Source of the DNA: Candidatus Iainarchaeum sp. | GTDB taxonomy: Archaea; Iainarchaeota; Iainarchaeia; Iainarchaeales; JAZDEL01 | Length of the DNA stretch: 55,949 nucleotides | Direction of reading: 5' to 3' | Assembly (NCBI GenBank): GCA_043820655.1 | Contig: JBDRDO010000059.1 | Location: forward strand, 1 to 55,949 | Shown here: one piece after another, positions 1 through 8,667 of the stretch | How positions within the stretch are numbered: the first letter of the stretch is position 1 | Layout of the letters: each line of letters starts with the position of its first letter | Program-made: the position numbers and the translations under genes | Notes under the pieces: generated by a model | The model's database searches: none | Seen by the model: only the letters and a program-made list of their open reading frames with translations | What the model was told of the DNA's origin: nothing

Positions 1-73
1 ATACGAGCCAAACAACAAAAACAACTGCGATGAGGAATTTGTTCTTCTTCAGGAATTCCTGCAGATTCAGCAT
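1..73 (-). CDS. N-terminal 24 codons of a gene that runs off the left edge; hydrophobic N-terminus
   Basis: ATG at 73-71 (minus), open to the window edge (MLNLQEFLKKNKFLIAVVFVVWLV). TATA-like aaatatataaat at 92-103 lies about 25 nt upstream. Confidence 0.3.
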   Translation of the reverse strand, partial: MLNLQEFLKKNKFLIAVVFVVWLV

Positions 74-156
74 GCTAGTATATGCCCTCTGAAATATATA
101 AATGCAGCCCATGACTGCTCCAATAAAATTAAATACTTCCATCACGTATTCTAACC

Positions 157-1035
157 ATGCAAATAATGCATTTATTCCAGCAGGTCAGGCATACCCCTGT
201 TTTTGCGTTCCTTGTGGGAATGGGCTGTGCACTGTTAGGAGTTGCGACAGGCTGGATTTTATTCAGCGGCGGACCTTTAATGGGAAGCATCGGAATCATT
301 ACTGTTTTTTTTACTTCACTCGCGCTGTTCCCATCATGGGACAAGGTTGCATCAATTAAGGCAATAACAAGCGGGACTGAAAGCGAGGTCCTCAGGGGCG
401 GGGGCGTGCGCATGACTGAACTGAAAATGGCAAATATAGGGGGCAGGTTCAATCCAATTCACATAATTGAAAACCACAGAAGCCTTTTCCTCGCATATAT
501 TTTCAGCTTCCTCGGAATTTTTATTGTTTATGTACTGCTTCAGCTCCTGCTGCCGGATGCAATGGCGCATGAGCTTTTCGTTCAGCAGAAGGGCATCTTT
601 GGCGCGGCGGGCGCGGATTTAAATGCAACATTCTGGAGCCTGCTTACGAATAATCTGGGAGTGCTTGCGATATGCTTCCTGATTTCACTTGTTTATCGCT
701 CGGGGATTTTTATTATTGCGTGGAATGCATCTGTGTGGGGCGTGGTGCTTGCGACATTTCTCAAACAGGGCCCGCCGACAGGGGAGGGGATGCTTATGTT
801 TGTACTGATAACAATTATTGCAATAATGCCGCACCTCATTATTGAGGCGCTTTCATATCTCAGCGCCGCAATTGCCGGGGCTGTGACATTCAAGGCATTC
901 TGGAGAAATTTCAATACCGAAAGATTCGGCGTGCTTGTTACGGATGCATTTGTTGTTTTGGGGTTTGCCGTTTTACTTGTTGTGCTGGGGGCTGCTGTTG
1001 AGGCGTATTATGCATTCCCCATGCTGCAAGGGTAG
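157..1035 (+). CDS. polytopic membrane protein, SpoIIM/DUF95-like
   Basis: 292-aa ORF with about 6 hydrophobic segments. The AIMPHLIIEALSYLSAAIAG motif resembles the PHGxxExP signature of the stage II sporulation M-like family (recalled, not searched). Confidence 0.5.
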   Translation: MQIMHLFQQVRHTPVFAFLVGMGCALLGVATGWILFSGGPLMGSIGIITVFFTSLALFPSWDKVASIKAITSGTESEVLRGGGVRMTELKMANIGGRFNPIHIIENHRSLFLAYIFSFLGIFIVYVLLQLLLPDAMAHELFVQQKGIFGAAGADLNATFWSLLTNNLGVLAICFLISLVYRSGIFIIAWNASVWGVVLATFLKQGPPTGEGMLMFVLITIIAIMPHLIIEALSYLSAAIAGAVTFKAFWRNFNTERFGVLVTDAFVVLGFAVLLVVLGAAVEAYYAFPMLQG

Positions 1036-1065
1036 GCTGAAGCAGGGGGCAATGGGGGAAAAGGC

Positions 1066-1377
1066 ATGGCTAAGGGCAGGGACAAAAGCATTGTGAAGGA
1101 AATTGCGCTTGCGCGAATTGAACGGCTTTTTGAACTTGCGGCAAAGGAGTTTGAAAGGCATCCGGAAAGGAGCAAACGTTACGTTGAACTTGCCCGTGCG
1201 TTAGGAACGAGAAATCGCGTGCCTTTGCCGCGTGAACTTAAAAAGAAATTCTGCAAAAAGTGCGGCGCTTTCTGGGTAAGGGGGAAAAACCTTAAGGTTG
1301 AGGGGGGCAAAAAAAACGAAAAGCTTTCAAGCTTCATTTGCGGGGAATGCGGCTTCGCGAAAAAGTTTCCCGCGTGA
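1066..1377 (+). CDS. rnp4: RNase P protein component 4 (Rpp21/Rpr2)
   Basis: 103 aa. N-terminal helical IALARIERLFELA segment plus a zinc ribbon CKKCG...x17...CGECG, typical of archaeal Rpp21. Confidence 0.8.
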   Translation: MAKGRDKSIVKEIALARIERLFELAAKEFERHPERSKRYVELARALGTRNRVPLPRELKKKFCKKCGAFWVRGKNLKVEGGKKNEKLSSFICGECGFAKKFPA

Positions 1378-1418
1378 ATTTGCGGAATTCATTCCCTGAA
1401 CGTTTATTCCCTGAACTT

Positions 1419-4400
1419 TCAAACCTGGAACTTTTTCTCATCATCCACCCTTGCCTTTGCGCGGATGAAGTAAACCGCGGAGTAGATCGATACTATCTCA
1501 AGCACCGCGAAAAGGATTGCAAGCGGAAGGTCAACAAACCTGCTTATCAAAAGCGGGGCAACGAGGAAAAGTGCGGCAAGCAGGGCGCGCTTTAGTTTCT
1601 CACGGTTTTCAAGTTTATCAGTGAGGATTTTCTGCGGGAAGAGGATTTTGCTGTTTCTGTATGCAAGTATGCATGCAACTGCTGAAAGTGCAAAAAGCAG
1701 GAGCACAAGGAAGGGCGCCTCTGTAAAGGACGAGCCGAATATCAGCTCGGCTATTCCACCAAGCGTGCCGCCGATACTGCCTGAAAATCCAACCCCCTCA
1801 AAATACCCCTGTTCGGAGTATTTCTTCTTCCTGACACTTACGCCGTAATTGCCCGCCTCACGCACAGTGAATGTTATTTTTGCGCCTTCCGTGCTCAGGA
1901 TTTCAACAGCGCCCGAGGGCGAGGTAATCTGCGCGGAGAAGCCGTGCAGGAGGCCGAGTGTGGGATGATTAATCCCTATGCTCTGCTCCTTTCCTACAGG
2001 CACATTCGGCTCCATAATAATATCAAGAAGGTTGCTTTTCTCATCCACAGGGTCTGTAATGTCATAAAGATATTCCTGCCCGTCGAAGACATTATCCTCA
2101 TCACTATCAAGGCTTAATATATTAGTCCCTATTTCATGGAATTCCAAACCATCGTTTAGCAGGTCGCCGTCGGTGTCAGGCACATAGGGGTCTGAGCCGT
2201 TTCCCCTTTCATCGTCATCTATAAGCCCGTCATCATCGGTGTCATCGGGCTCTGTAACACAGGGCGGCTCATCAACCAGGCCGTCCTGATCATCGTCAAT
2301 TCCGTTTCCGCAGATTTCGTGGCGGGGATAACAAAGCTCGTCAATTTCCCCGTCCAGATCATTGTCTATATTGTCGCCGCAGATTTCCCCGCAGCCCTCA
2401 TCTATCAGCCCGTTTCTGTTGTCGTCAATTCCGTTTCCGCAGATTTCATAAAGTCCGCTGCAATCCTCGTCTATTTCCCCATCGGCATCATTGTCAATGC
2501 CGTCGCCGCAGATTTCCCCGCCGCAGCCCTCATCCACTATTCCGTCAAGGTCATTGTCTATTCCATCACAGCGCTCCTCGCAATCCTCATCCACAAGGCC
2601 GTTTCTGTTGTCGTCAATGTCGTTTCCGCAGGTTTCTCCGCAATTTGACTCGGGGCTTGTCATGCACTGCCACTCCCCGTTTTCGCAGAAGCACCAGTTG
2701 TGCTCGGTGAGGTCGGGGCAGGTGTATTTCCTCACATCCCCGTCATCACATACACCCTTTGGAGGGGGGTTTGAGGGACAACCATCCGCAACTGAAGAGC
2801 AGAGGCCGTTTGTGCATGCCGGCACGGAGAAACAGGACTCGTCACGCGAGGGCATTGCCTTGCAGAATGCATGTGAGCAGTTGAACTGCGTGTTCACATA
2901 ATCAAGCCAGCACTGCACGTAATCCCTGTTTATGGATGTGTTAGTGCCGCTGTGGTTGCAGTCACAGCACTGGTCCTTTATGTTAATGCAATCAGCATCG
3001 GTTTCACATTCAAAGACATTCACAGTTGTTGTGCTTTCGGGGGCACGGCCGTCCTTAAGGAGGAGCTTTATCTGTGAAAGTTCATTACTGAGTTCGGTTA
3101 AGGATGGGGGAAAGCGCAGGTCGCCCCCGTTGGGGCAGGCGGCATAAAAGCCGACCTTCTTTGAAAGGCTGCCTGGCGTGTAGGTGTAGGTTACGGAGCC
3201 TGCATCTGTCGGTGCGCGGGCGCAGTTGTAATAATCCTGGTCAAGGGAAAGGAAGCCGCCTGTTTCAACAAGGGTTTTGAAATCCGCAAGCTGCTTTGCA
3301 CTGAGCTTGCCGTGCTTGTATGACATATTTCCATAAAGATTTTCCTCGTATGCAAGTGTTCCATCGGGATACATGTAAAGGGTTTTGTCGCATCCGTTGA
3401 GGCAAAATCCGTTTCCGTAAAGGTCCTTGAAAAGGGGGGCACCGGGGCTTGAAGAAACTGAACATTCAATCTCGCCGGGAAGGGCACCATCATCAACATG
3501 ATCCCCGCGTTCGTCGGTGCATATAACCGAACAGCCCTCGTCTGTTTTGCCGTCCATGTCATCATCAATAAGGTTTCCGCAGATTTCGGTAAAGCCCTCA
3601 TCTATCACTCCGTCAAGATCATTGTCTATGTCATCACAGCAAATCTCGGGCTCGGGAACAGTGTCACCGATAATAATGCTAAGCGAGCCCCAGTTGTTGA
3701 ACTCGTCAATCTCGTGAATTGATTTTGAATCAGCCATAAACCCAATGCTGACAATTCCGTTATATGCCCCGCCCCCTGAATTCAGCAGAAGGGTAAGCTC
3801 CTGAATGCTGGTTTTGAATGTAAGCCGTGTGCGTTCTCCCGAAGCCAAAAGGGCTATTGTTTTGCTTTCAATTTCAATCCAGCTTAAGGAGGAAGACTCG
3901 GCATCGCCGCGCATTGCAAACAGGGTGTTTTCAAAATTTGCCGCAGACCTTGAGCCGCGGTTTATTAAATCAACCAGCACAACTATCTCATTTCCCGCCC
4001 TGTAACTGCCGTACGAGTATATTGCAAGGTCAACGGCATCTATTTTTTCCGTGCATCCCTCCGTGCAGCAGACAGCCCCTATATGTGTCGCATATGTGTG
4101 GCCCGGGCAGCCCTCATTGCGCCCGCAGGAGTATGTGCAGCTGCTGATTCCGCTTGTGACGGTGCCTGTGTGCGGCGTCCATGGGCAGCCCTCATCAATC
4201 TCGCCGTCCTGGTCATCATCGCGCGAGTTGCATATCTCCGCGGTTGCGCCAAGGAAGCCCACATACGCGGAATAACTGCCGGAGGAAATGTTTCCCGCGA
4301 CAAGTTCGCCTATTGCGATTGCATTCATGTCGTAAGATGCGGAACTGCCGGGCACGCCTCCGGCAAAAACGTCCGCCTCCATTTGATATGATGTGCTTGT

Positions 4401-4481
4401 CATTACCGCGGAATTCGCAAGAACTGCAAGCACAATGAGCATGGGCAAAACCGCTAAATATTTTGTTTTTTTGCCGAACAT
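1419..4481 (-). CDS. large secreted Cys-rich repeat protein (about 1020 aa) with a C-terminal polytopic membrane anchor
   Basis: The track ORF is 1419..4556. Start is preferred at MFGKKTKYLAVLPMLIVLAVLANS (signal peptide, ATG 4481-4479), 7 nt after the upstream gene's stop. It has nine CGxGIDxDxDGxxDExC repeats and acidic DxDxDG (thrombospondin-3-like) repeats. Three hydrophobic segments lie at the C-terminus. Confidence 0.85.
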   Translation of the reverse strand: MFGKKTKYLAVLPMLIVLAVLANSAVMTSTSYQMEADVFAGGVPGSSASYDMNAIAIGELVAGNISSGSYSAYVGFLGATAEICNSRDDDQDGEIDEGCPWTPHTGTVTSGISSCTYSCGRNEGCPGHTYATHIGAVCCTEGCTEKIDAVDLAIYSYGSYRAGNEIVVLVDLINRGSRSAANFENTLFAMRGDAESSSLSWIEIESKTIALLASGERTRLTFKTSIQELTLLLNSGGGAYNGIVSIGFMADSKSIHEIDEFNNWGSLSIIIGDTVPEPEICCDDIDNDLDGVIDEGFTEICGNLIDDDMDGKTDEGCSVICTDERGDHVDDGALPGEIECSVSSSPGAPLFKDLYGNGFCLNGCDKTLYMYPDGTLAYEENLYGNMSYKHGKLSAKQLADFKTLVETGGFLSLDQDYYNCARAPTDAGSVTYTYTPGSLSKKVGFYAACPNGGDLRFPPSLTELSNELSQIKLLLKDGRAPESTTTVNVFECETDADCINIKDQCCDCNHSGTNTSINRDYVQCWLDYVNTQFNCSHAFCKAMPSRDESCFSVPACTNGLCSSVADGCPSNPPPKGVCDDGDVRKYTCPDLTEHNWCFCENGEWQCMTSPESNCGETCGNDIDDNRNGLVDEDCEERCDGIDNDLDGIVDEGCGGEICGDGIDNDADGEIDEDCSGLYEICGNGIDDNRNGLIDEGCGEICGDNIDNDLDGEIDELCYPRHEICGNGIDDDQDGLVDEPPCVTEPDDTDDDGLIDDDERGNGSDPYVPDTDGDLLNDGLEFHEIGTNILSLDSDEDNVFDGQEYLYDITDPVDEKSNLLDIIMEPNVPVGKEQSIGINHPTLGLLHGFSAQITSPSGAVEILSTEGAKITFTVREAGNYGVSVRKKKYSEQGYFEGVGFSGSIGGTLGGIAELIFGSSFTEAPFLVLLLFALSAVACILAYRNSKILFPQKILTDKLENREKLKRALLAALFLVAPLLISRFVDLPLAILFAVLEIVSIYSAVYFIRAKARVDDEKKFQV
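2262..2640 (-). repeat. in-frame tandem array of six Cys-bounded acidic repeats (C-G-[ND]-[GD]-I-D-[ND]-[DN]-x-[DN]-G-x-[IV]-D-E-x-C)
   Basis: Read directly: ETCGNDIDDNRNGLVDEDC, CDGIDNDLDGIVDEGC, CGDGIDNDADGEIDEDC, CGNGIDDNRNGLIDEGC, CGDNIDNDLDGEIDELC, CGNGIDDDQDGLVDEPPC. Three further dispersed copies lie near 3530-3660 and 4190-4240. Confidence 0.9.
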
Positions 4482-4488
4482 GGTTTTG

Positions 4489-5559
4489 TCATCTCCCTGT
4501 GTACTCCAAATGATAGTGGACCTCATATCCATAAAAGTAGACCTCATGCGCGTCAAGGTCTGAAATTGTGATTGTGATCATGAAAAGATGCGGCTTGTTG
4601 TTCATTTTATAGGGCAGGCCGGTTGTGTTTGAGGAGTTCATTTCAAATTCGGTACCGCTTGTCTGGTTTGTTGTGTAATTCGCCTCAACAGTTACCGCCT
4701 GCGTGTTCGGGTCAACGCTGACTATATTTGCATCATCAACATAGAATGTTGCGCCGACATTGTAATCGTAAACAGTTATGCGGTCTATTACAGGCGTTGC
4801 GCCGAACTCAACAACATGCATCGGCAGCCCAACCTGGAGTATTCCTCCCGCTGTTCTGGAAACCCCGAACTGGTAAACATTGTCCCCGCGGTAAGTGGTG
4901 AATTCCGTTACGTTGGAGGCTGCATCGACAAAAAGGCTGAATGCGCCCTGCGTGCCCGGGTCGGGCATTACAATTTCCGTTCCGCTCTGCAGGATGAGGT
5001 TTCCTGAAAGATTAATGTCGCCTGCCGTTGGAGTTGAGGCATTGCCAGTTACTATTGTGTTTGAGACGTTCATGTCGTTGAAGTTTGCCCCTCCCAAAAG
5101 CACGACTTGTTTATCTGTTGAGATTGTAAGGTCATTGTCGGCATCGCTGTCGGAGATGCACGAGGTGCAGTTAACATCTTCCGCGGTTTTTGAGGTGTAA
5201 CAGCCGGGCAATGGGGTTAACCTGCTGCGCGGAGCCATCTCCCCGTCGTTTTCTATGTTCACGCCGAGCCAGTACTGGTCAAGGAAGTTGAAGTCTGTTA
5301 GTGCTGTGATTTCACCGAGGGTTGTGCTGAAGTAGCCGTTTGAAACGCCGACTTCATTCGCGCCCTGGTGGATTTCATTCCAGATTGCCGTGCCTCCCGT
5401 GGAAACGTTGTAAAGCGCAAAGTGCATGTTGTAATCTCCGTCGGAGTATGTGCCGGATGAGGAAAGCCTGCCCTGCACATTCATCTGGTTTACGTATGCT
5501 GTTATGGGGAGGGCCAGAAGAACAACTGCGAAAAGCGCCAGTGCAAGTTTCAGTTTCAT
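4489..5559 (-). CDS. secreted paralog 3 of a triplicated ~360-aa family
   Basis: Signal peptide MKLKLALALFAVVLLALPITAYV. Shares with its two neighbours the VQG..L....Y.M.F.IY....G...Y.E.H.GAN...V.NG.F...LG.I(T)AL...F...YW.G(I/V)......EM.PR N-domain, a DVNC[ST]xC hinge, a GD(I/V/M)N(L/V/I)SG motif and a C-terminal (R/E)(L/V).Y(H/Y) ending. Confidence 0.85.
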   Translation of the reverse strand: MKLKLALALFAVVLLALPITAYVNQMNVQGRLSSSGTYSDGDYNMHFALYNVSTGGTAIWNEIHQGANEVGVSNGYFSTTLGEITALTDFNFLDQYWLGVNIENDGEMAPRSRLTPLPGCYTSKTAEDVNCTSCISDSDADNDLTISTDKQVVLLGGANFNDMNVSNTIVTGNASTPTAGDINLSGNLILQSGTEIVMPDPGTQGAFSLFVDAASNVTEFTTYRGDNVYQFGVSRTAGGILQVGLPMHVVEFGATPVIDRITVYDYNVGATFYVDDANIVSVDPNTQAVTVEANYTTNQTSGTEFEMNSSNTTGLPYKMNNKPHLFMITITISDLDAHEVYFYGYEVHYHLEYTGR

Positions 5560-5563
5560 TTCA

Positions 5564-6649
5564 TCACTCCAAATGGTAATCCAGCCTGAAGCCGTATATG
5601 TTTACCGGCACAGGCGATGCGTCGGACTGGACATAAACGGTAATCATGTATGGCTTGCTTGAGACAAGGGTGTATGGAAGGTCCGAAGTGTCGGAGCTTG
5701 TAAGGGTTTTGCTTGTGCCGCTTGTTATGTTTGTTGTGTACGTGACAACAGGCGAGGTGCGGCGCGCGGCGCCCATGTTAATTTCCTCAATGTAGATGTC
5801 ATCAAGGTAGTTTGTTCCGTTCACGCCGTTATATTTGAGTATTATTGCGTCAAGCACCGCTGTTGAGCCGAACATGCCCTGCGGAATCGGGAAGGCAAAT
5901 GATACATTTGCGTCCGCGGTAACCTCAACCGATGTTTCAAATGCCTGTACACCGAGCGCGCCTGCAGTATTGTTCATTGATTCCGGCGCCGAAACCCAGA
6001 AGTGCATCGGGGAATCAAGTGCGCCAGAGTCGCGCGCCTGCATAATCTTTGAACCGCCGCTTAAGTGTACGTATTCCGAAATATTCATGTCTCCCAAAGC
6101 GCCTGGCATTGCACCGCCAACGGAAATAGTGTTGCCTGCGTTGAGGTCGTACACATTTATTTTTCCCGAGAGATTGACATCGTTTGATGTTATGAGTGAG
6201 ATGTTATTGTCTATTTCAGAGTCTGTTGCGCAATTTGAGCAGTTTACATCAAGCGCGATTTTGCCGGACATTGCGTATGGCTGGGGAATGAAAGGCTGCC
6301 TCGGGGACATCTCGCTGTCACTGCCGACAGTAATTCCGAGCCAGTAGTTTTGCAAGTAATTCAGGTCAAGGGCGGTTATGCTGCCGAGCTCGGCACTGTA
6401 AAAGCCGTTCTTTACGGTTACTGTATTTGCGCCTGTGTGGGATTCCGTGTAAATTGGCGTTGCGCCTGTTGGGCTGTCGTAGATTTTGAAAACCATATCA
6501 TAAGTTCCGGAAAGGTAGGATGCACCTGCACTGTCTGTTAACTTGCCCTGCACAGTGAGGTAATCAATGTACGCGTTTGCAGGCGCGCCCGCAAGGATTA
6601 AAAGGAAAAGTAAAACAAGGATTTTTTTTGCAATACCCATAATCATCAT
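5564..6649 (-). CDS. secreted paralog 2 of the triplicated family
   Basis: Signal peptide KKILVLLFLLILAGAPANA and the same conserved blocks as 4489..5559. The start overlaps the upstream stop by 4 nt (ATGA). Confidence 0.85.
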   Translation of the reverse strand: MMIMGIAKKILVLLFLLILAGAPANAYIDYLTVQGKLTDSAGASYLSGTYDMVFKIYDSPTGATPIYTESHTGANTVTVKNGFYSAELGSITALDLNYLQNYWLGITVGSDSEMSPRQPFIPQPYAMSGKIALDVNCSNCATDSEIDNNISLITSNDVNLSGKINVYDLNAGNTISVGGAMPGALGDMNISEYVHLSGGSKIMQARDSGALDSPMHFWVSAPESMNNTAGALGVQAFETSVEVTADANVSFAFPIPQGMFGSTAVLDAIILKYNGVNGTNYLDDIYIEEINMGAARRTSPVVTYTTNITSGTSKTLTSSDTSDLPYTLVSSKPYMITVYVQSDASPVPVNIYGFRLDYHLE

Positions 6650-7725
6650 CCCATGTAATATTCCAGCCTTATGAAGTGCAGGTCAATCTGGTCCCCGCTC
6701 TGCACATTGAGGTCTATGTTCAGGGAATACGGGGCATCCTGCATTGTGTAGGGCATGCCCGCCATGTTTGTGCTGTTCAGGTCAATGTAAGTGCCGGAGG
6801 TTATGTTTGTTGCATAAGTGAGGCGCGGTGTTGTGCCGTTTACATCACTGCCCATATTGTTCTGCACAAGGGCTATGTTGTCTACATGTGTTCCGCCCGT
6901 GTTTACGCCGCTGTAATAAACGCCTATTTCAGAAAGGAACATGCTTGAATTGAATTTTTCCGAGAAATTCGGCATCTTCAGCTTCAGCGTGCAGTTTGCG
7001 GTGCAGTATGCCGAGTTTGCGGTGTAGCCATCCCCGATTTTGTTTGTGTCCGAAGTTATGTACTCGGCCGCGCTTACCCAGTATACAAATGGCGTGCCGG
7101 GCATTATCAGTTTTTTATCGGGCGCAATCTCAATGTTTCCGCTGACATTTACATCTCCCGCTATGGATGGCTGGTTTGCGGTTCCGACTGCAAGCGTTGT
7201 TGTGTTTAGATTGTAAATATCTGCCGTGCCTGTTACATTGAAATCACTGGCAGTTACTATTGTGAGCCCGTTGTCAAGGTCATTGTCATTTACGCAGTTT
7301 GTGCAGTTCAGGTCGTATGACGTTGCGGGGGATGAGCAGTAAGGTGCGGAGCGTATCGGCAGGCGCGGAATCATTTCACTGTCAGTGCCGATAGTAATGC
7401 CGACAAAATACTGCGAGGGCCGGAATTCCGAGGAGCGGAAGTTAAGGTCAAGTATTGTGAGCATGCCTATATTTGTGTCAAACCAGCCACGGGTGAATGG
7501 GATTGTGTTTGCGCCTGAATGGGTTTCGGAATAAACCTCGCCGCCGCCGCTTTGCTGAGGATATATTTTGAATGTCATGTTATGCGGGACGGTTATGTAT
7601 TGGCTGTCGGTGTCAAGTGCCAGCCCCTGCACGCGGATGTATTTTGGAATAAGGGCGCTTATTGATACTGTAAGCAGGATAAGCGCAAGTGCGAGGAAAA
7701 TTAAGCGTGGTTTCATGTTATTCAC
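6646..7725 (-). CDS. secreted paralog 1 of the triplicated family (first gene of the minus-strand operon)
   Basis: Signal peptide MKPRLIFLALALILLTVSISA and the same conserved blocks. An AT-rich TATA region lies directly upstream. Confidence 0.85.
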   Translation of the reverse strand: MNNMKPRLIFLALALILLTVSISALIPKYIRVQGLALDTDSQYITVPHNMTFKIYPQQSGGGEVYSETHSGANTIPFTRGWFDTNIGMLTILDLNFRSSEFRPSQYFVGITIGTDSEMIPRLPIRSAPYCSSPATSYDLNCTNCVNDNDLDNGLTIVTASDFNVTGTADIYNLNTTTLAVGTANQPSIAGDVNVSGNIEIAPDKKLIMPGTPFVYWVSAAEYITSDTNKIGDGYTANSAYCTANCTLKLKMPNFSEKFNSSMFLSEIGVYYSGVNTGGTHVDNIALVQNNMGSDVNGTTPRLTYATNITSGTYIDLNSTNMAGMPYTMQDAPYSLNIDLNVQSGDQIDLHFIRLEYYMG

Positions 7726-7862
7726 TTAATATATATCTTTTATATATAAAATTGTTCCGCAGGGCATTAGGGAGGGACCCTGGCGCGGCAGGGGGTGCGC
7801 GGGAAAAATCGGAAAATAAGAAAACAGCAAGAATTAAATACAACTTAATGCAATAATAAGGC
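7726..7862. promoter_or_regulatory. divergent promoter region between the two surface-protein operons
   Basis: 137-bp AT-rich spacer containing ttaatatatatcttttatatataaaatt (TATA-like on both strands), located between divergently oriented starts at 7725 and 7863. Confidence 0.45.
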
Positions 7863-8321
7863 ATGCAGAAAAGTTCCAAAGGGCAGGGTGCGCTGGAATA
7901 TCTTCTCCTAATAGGCGGCGCGGTGCTTGTTGCGGTTGTTATAATTGTGCTAATTATCAATATGGTGCCCACAACGGGGGATGAGATAAACGAAACTATT
8001 GATGCGGGGCAGAGTGAGATTGACCAGGCATATCAGGATGCGCTGGCTAATGGCGGGGGCGGGTCAACAAGCACAGTTACGATTATCAACGGTGTGGTAA
8101 GCGGCGGGGATTACAGCGGCTGCGCGATTCCTCCGACACCACTGCCTTCGGACTGGTGCGACGGCAAGACCACCGGTTACTACACTTGCCCACCGGGAGA
8201 ATACTGCAAAGAAGATTGCAGTTGCGCCCCCGAACCACTCGGCGTGTTGGGTACGCCCGGTGACGAGGATGAGGCAGTAACAACCAACATGCCCGCGATT
8301 TCTTTTCCTAACGAGAGTTAG
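7863..8321 (+). CDS. archaeal type IV pilin-like protein with a class III signal peptide
   Basis: N-terminus MQKSSKGQG/ALEYLLLIGGAVLVAVVIIVLII. This is a short basic leader, then Gly, then a hydrophobic helix with a QGALEYLLL motif typical of prepilin-peptidase substrates. The C-terminal domain is Cys-rich. Confidence 0.75.
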   Translation: MQKSSKGQGALEYLLLIGGAVLVAVVIIVLIINMVPTTGDEINETIDAGQSEIDQAYQDALANGGGGSTSTVTIINGVVSGGDYSGCAIPPTPLPSDWCDGKTTGYYTCPPGEYCKEDCSCAPEPLGVLGTPGDEDEAVTTNMPAISFPNES

Positions 8322-8408
8322 ATACAGCCGCCCCAATATTACTCATACCATTCAGCGGGCGCGAAAGCAATCGAAACCGTTAAATACAAGAAAGGGCATT
8401 TAATTACC

Positions 8409-8633
8409 ATGAATATAGGCAAATGCGATTCGAAATGCCTAATGGTAATAGGCGTAATTGTGATTCTGGTTGTGCTGGCGTTTGTTTTTCTCGGCCAGCC
8501 CGGAGGGCAGGCAGGAGGGCAGGGAACAACTACCGTAGATAGCCGGGACCCATTCGCCGTAGGCGGGGGTTCTGAAACTGCGGACGGCTCTTTGGCGCCC
8601 GACTTCTGCGCCGGCGGCGGGGAGTCCTGCTGA
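8409..8633 (+). CDS. small single-pass membrane protein, Gly-rich and Cys-containing tail
   Basis: 74-aa ORF with a TM segment (LMVIGVIVILVVLAFVFL), co-directional between the pilin-like gene and the 699-aa gene. No clear SD. Confidence 0.35.
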   Translation: MNIGKCDSKCLMVIGVIVILVVLAFVFLGQPGGQAGGQGTTTVDSRDPFAVGGGSETADGSLAPDFCAGGGESC

Positions 8634-8667
8634 GGAGTAAAAAATAAAAAAAAGCGAGGTGTGATGG

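Noticed and set aside
2262-2640. Periodic ~57-66-bp DNA repeats, considered as a possible CRISPR-like array
   Set aside because: The repeats are in-frame coding units of one protein. There are no unique spacers, no cas genes and no leader.
2319-2901. Plus-strand ORFs (2319..2648, 2491..2901 and others up to 4438) inside the 1419..4481 gene
   Set aside because: They are antisense shadows of a long, motif-rich minus-strand gene. Their repetitive, Ser/Pro/Ile-rich translations mirror the coding repeats, and they have no start context.
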